A stretch of DNA of 63,428 nt, filler included, from Octopus bimaculoides (Eukaryota): the NCBI RefSeq assembly GCF_001194135.2. It is 5 parts of 5 records of this genome, joined end to end, with 100 filler letters (N's around TTAATTAATTAA, not from the genome) between each part and the next. Parts side by side here need not be neighbours in the genome. Positions count along the whole stretch, not along the records: positions 59,646 to 63,428 come from NC_068999.1; 4 more parts are not named here. The stretch is one strand, 5' to 3'. Each line of letters starts with the position of its first letter. Positions within the stretch are counted from its first letter, which is position 1. Of this stretch, positions 61,346 through 63,428 are shown piece after piece. Under the pieces are notes generated by a model. The model did no database searches. It was not told the DNA's origin and saw only the letters and a program-made list of their open reading frames with translations. A program made the position numbers and the translations under genes.

Positions 61346-62086
61346 ATACACATATATATGTATGTATGTGTGTATATATATGAATTTATAAACATACACA
61401 CTCACACACACACATATATACTTAATTATTTCGATGAAACGTAAAGGTCTAAATAAATGACGAATGTTCATTGTTCTACTCCGATCTCATGTATATTTTA
61501 TGCTATAATTTAACTGCGCCTTATCTGTATGCTCCGTTTTTATTCCATCTTATTTTATTCCAGTTTTTGATTGCGTTTTCATTTCTCCTTGTATACCTTA
61601 TTGTATTGTTTATATGTGATGGATTCCTTCATTCTGTTTCAATATATTATGGAGGAGGATGGAATGATACATCAACTGATATAAATAAGAGGAACAACAA
61701 GTAAAAACGATATATTTTTTAAAATGTCAACTGCAGCTTCTATGCATGAATGTACAGAATCTCAGCATTAAAGTACGAATGCACGACGAATCGAAACGAT
61801 CGGAGTAGTTCTGAATAAACAATCTCGTCAATTTAGTTTTCTATATCACATATTGTTTAGATAAACCCCACGGTATGAAGGGATCCATACTGTTATTGAC
61901 ATCAGGTAGCCGAATAATGTACACGAGCTTTAGTCAGCATACTACAAAGTGTATAAAATTATTACTATATATATGCATGTGTGTGTGAGTGTGTGTGCAT
62001 GTGCGTGTGTGTTTTTGTGCCGTGGCGTGTACAAATATACATACATACATATATATATATACATACATACACACACACATACACAG

Positions 62087-62140
<54 letters not shown>

Positions 62141-62254
62141 ACATCCATACATATATATGTATATATATATATATATGTACATTTTTATATATATATATAT
62201 ATATAAATATTTACGTACATACATAAGTATATATATAAATATATACATACATTC

Positions 62255-62290
<36 letters not shown>

Positions 62291-63385
62291 GTGCAAACTT
62301 ACAGATAAATACAAATACATGCATACGCAACCATATACCGATACATATTTAAGAACACACGCTAATAGCCATGTATTCATATATATGTATATGTATATAT
62401 ATAATATATATATATATATANNNNNNNNNNNNNNNNNNNNNNNNNNNNNNNNNNNNNNNNNNNNNNNNNNNNNNNNNNNNNNNNNNNNNNNNNNNNNNNN
62501 NNNNNNNNNNNNNNNNNNNNNNNNNNNNNNNNNNNNNNNNNNNNNNNNNNNNNNNNNNNNNNNNNNNNNNNNNNNNNNNNNNNNNNNNNNNNNNNNNNNN
62601 NNNNNNNNNNNNNNNNNNNNNNNNNNNNNNNNNNNNNNNNNNNNNNNNNNNNNNNNNNNNNNNNNNNNNNNNNNNNNNNNNNNNNNNNNNNNNNNNNNNN
62701 NNNNNNNNNNNNNNNNNNNNNNNNNNNNNNNNNNNNNNNNNNNNNNNNNNNNNNNNNNNNNNNNNNNNNNNNNNNNNNNNNNNNNNNNNNNNNNNNNNNN
62801 NNNNNNNNNNNNNNNNNNNNNNNNNNNNNNNNNNNNNNNNNNNNNNNNNNNNNNNNNNNNNNNNNNNNNNNNNNNNNNNNNNNNNNNNNNNNNNNNNNNN
62901 NNNNNNNNNNNNNNNNNNNNNNNNNNNNNNNNNNNNNNATATATATACATATATATATATATATATAAATTATATATATACATGCGTACACACACATACA
63001 CACACACACACACACACGTACATGCACATACACACATAAAGTAGAAATGAATGTGATTTTGTAGCATTAGAGAGCATTTCCAAGCCTTAGCGCCGCGCAC
63101 ACATTATAGCTCTGCTTAACAGATGTATTCACATAAGTGCGCGAGAGCGTGCACACACACACACACACACGCATTCACACACAAAGAAACACACACAAAC
63201 ACACACGCACACACACACGCCGTACACGCACACACACGCCGTACACGCACACACACGTCGTACACGCACACACGCGCGCACACGCACGTATATATGTTCG
63301 GACACACACACGTTCATGGTATATGTTTATATATATATATGATTGTACATTTACATATATGTACATAGACATACATATGTGTGTT

Positions 63386-63428
<43 letters not shown>

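Overview
AT-rich, microsatellite-saturated eukaryotic DNA with many N gaps. The SINE repertoire resembles that of octopod cephalopods (Octopus-like); this is recalled, not database-checked. I recognise no intact host protein-coding gene, tRNA/rRNA gene or CRISPR array, and nearly all ORF-track entries are microsatellite or gap artefacts. The window is a transposon graveyard. It holds at least six SINE-like families (my labels A-F) and relics of Tx1/L1, RTE, CR1, RLE-type and Penelope retroelements. DNA elements include Helitrons, a hAT MITE, and a Tc2/pogo element nested in a Tigger transposase. The most interesting structure is an apparent Tx1-type retroposon consortium of three elements: a Tx1 ORF2 3' fragment (5819-7193), an ORF1-only 'half-LINE' with no EN/RT (about 50950-53357), and a tRNA-headed SINE (1-243). 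All three end in the same pyrimidine-rich tract plus a GCC-loop-GGC hairpin with compensatory changes. The ORF1-only element has an 18-bp ETS/IRF-motif inverted array upstream, intron-like 5'UTR monomers, and a CpG-rich (AACG/AAAT) array of at least 3.3 kb directly downstream. Minimal hammerhead-like motifs, foldback elements, a SINE-tail-derived minisatellite and a telomere-repeat palindrome are also present. Coordinates of degenerate repeats are approximate.
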